A stretch of 64,000 bases of DNA, from the IMG/VR virus record IMGVR_UViG_3300044981_000214; one strand, 5' to 3'. This DNA is from a virus (taxonomy: Duplodnaviria; Caudoviricetes). Numbering within the stretch: the first letter of the stretch is position 1; each line of letters begins with the position of its first letter. Made by a program: the position numbers and the translations under genes. Shown here piece by piece: positions 62,922 through 64,000 of the stretch. The notes beneath the pieces were generated by a model. That model did no database searches. It was not told the DNA's origin and was given only the letters and a program-made list of their open reading frames with translations.

Positions 62922-63122
62922 ATGCGAGACACCAACAGCCTCATCCAACTGATCTCTAACTATCATGAAATTCCGGCTATCGAGCAATATCTGCTGAGCC
63001 TCGTGTCGGCGGCTGCTAGCATCGCCTACAACCATGGGCCAACCCGCCACAAGATCCACAACCCGGAGTTGTTCGTCGATAACATCTATCAGGTAGACGA
63101 CTATCTGGCGTACAACGCTTAG
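62922..63122 (+). CDS. hypothetical protein (leaderless)
   Basis: promoter motif. Confidence 0.55.
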   Translation: MRDTNSLIQLISNYHEIPAIEQYLLSLVSAAASIAYNHGPTRHKIHNPELFVDNIYQVDDYLAYNA

Positions 63123-63148
63123 ATGAACACAGCAAGTAAGGAAGTAAA

Positions 63149-63376
63149 ATGTTCGCCTTCATTGTAGCCCTATACGTCCTTGCCATACTTGCTCATGCTG
63201 GGCTTCTCGCCCTATATGTTTGGTATGGCCAGATTGCGTATCGCCTGTCGCGACAAGACCTGAGTCTGCAGATGATGCGCGACGAAATCGCTAGACTCGA
63301 AAAGCTAGTAACGGGTAAGAAAGACCGTATGGATATTATTCCCCGGCCACCAGTACAACCAAAGAAAGCCAATTAG
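63149..63376 (+). CDS. small membrane protein with coiled coil
   Basis: N-terminal TM; RBS AAGGA. Confidence 0.6.
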   Translation: MFAFIVALYVLAILAHAGLLALYVWYGQIAYRLSRQDLSLQMMRDEIARLEKLVTGKKDRMDIIPRPPVQPKKAN

Positions 63377-63661
63377 ATGGGTCGTCGTAGAGCTATTCCA
63401 CGCTGTCTAAACGGTGACCATGTTTACGAACCTATGCAACGGTCACGTAATGGCTTGCTGCGCGAGAAATGTTGTAAGTGCGGTGATATTTTTCCGTGCC
63501 GCAATGCCTGCGGACATTACGACTGCATGCAGGCTCGCGGTGAGCCATCGCCGCTCGATCCTGATTATTACACCAACTTGGAGCTGAAAGAGGCTGCGCA
63601 GGAGGCGGTACAGTCTAGGATCGATGTTCTTTTAAATACGGAGCCTATCGTCAATGAGTAA
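63377..63661 (+). CDS. Cys-rich protein
   Basis: CCKC..FPC..CGH.DC. Confidence 0.6.
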   Translation: MGRRRAIPRCLNGDHVYEPMQRSRNGLLREKCCKCGDIFPCRNACGHYDCMQARGEPSPLDPDYYTNLELKEAAQEAVQSRIDVLLNTEPIVNE

Positions 63662-63890
63662 ATTTCCTCTCGAAGCAAAGTATATGAAGGCGCCCGGATC
63701 GCACACGGAGCGTCAAATGACGACGAATAATTTGGATTGTGGCCGAAGCAAATCTAAGTTTGGAACCAATCTTCTACCGATCGAGACGGCTAGAGTGTAC
63801 AAGGCTGTCGGTGACGTTATTGCCGACGCACTTGCTGATTATGTGTGTACTTACGCCTTTCGTGCGTTAAAGGCCTTGCAGGACCGCTAG
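63654..63890 (+). CDS. hypothetical protein
   Basis: overlaps the upstream stop. Confidence 0.45.
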   Translation: MSKFPLEAKYMKAPGSHTERQMTTNNLDCGRSKSKFGTNLLPIETARVYKAVGDVIADALADYVCTYAFRALKALQDR

Positions 63891-64000
63891 ATCAGCTTCG
63901 GTACGCGGCATACCAAGACCGGCACGGAGTAGATCGCGCACAGCTTCGCTCAAATTCAATTTTTGCATCTTGTATCGCCTGGAATTGACGGCTATGCCAG

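Overview
The window reads as part of a large dsDNA bacterial virus or proviral element. It is densely packed with small, often overlapping hypothetical genes and contains no housekeeping operons. No capsid, terminase or tail genes are recognisable. The host may be Myxococcota, which is a weak inference from the style of the lipoproteins and metallopeptidase. Recognisable genes: two Xer-like tyrosine recombinases (one lacks the catalytic Tyr; the other sits next to dif-like 11-6-11 sites), an FAD oxidoreductase (DHCR24/Rv3719-like), a MazG-like pseudo-enzyme, C-terminally anchored SGNH hydrolase and SleB-like cell-wall hydrolase, a YkgJ-type Cys-cluster protein, a GT2 glycosyltransferase, a solo TnpB with rearranged RuvC-II, RmlA, an atypical initiator-like tRNA-Met, a DnaB-like helicase followed by an origin-like gap, a MoxR AAA+/VWA-metallopeptidase pair, a PEP-utiliser-domain fusion, a metzincin, a retropepsin with an RHH gene, and a ParB-like protein. 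Three patterns stand out. (1) About 18 copies of a non-sigma70 promoter-like motif, GAAATA-N15-RCGTW, mostly exactly 8 nt before a leaderless ATG. (2) A ~25-aa helical module (E-L/V-x-x-A-I/L-Q/R-A...G...A...A...GW) present in about 11 otherwise unrelated proteins, six of them in one array. (3) A set of membrane-anchored or basic proteins carrying LG/FG motifs, which suggests a membrane-containing virion. All calls come from reading motifs by eye; no searches were run.
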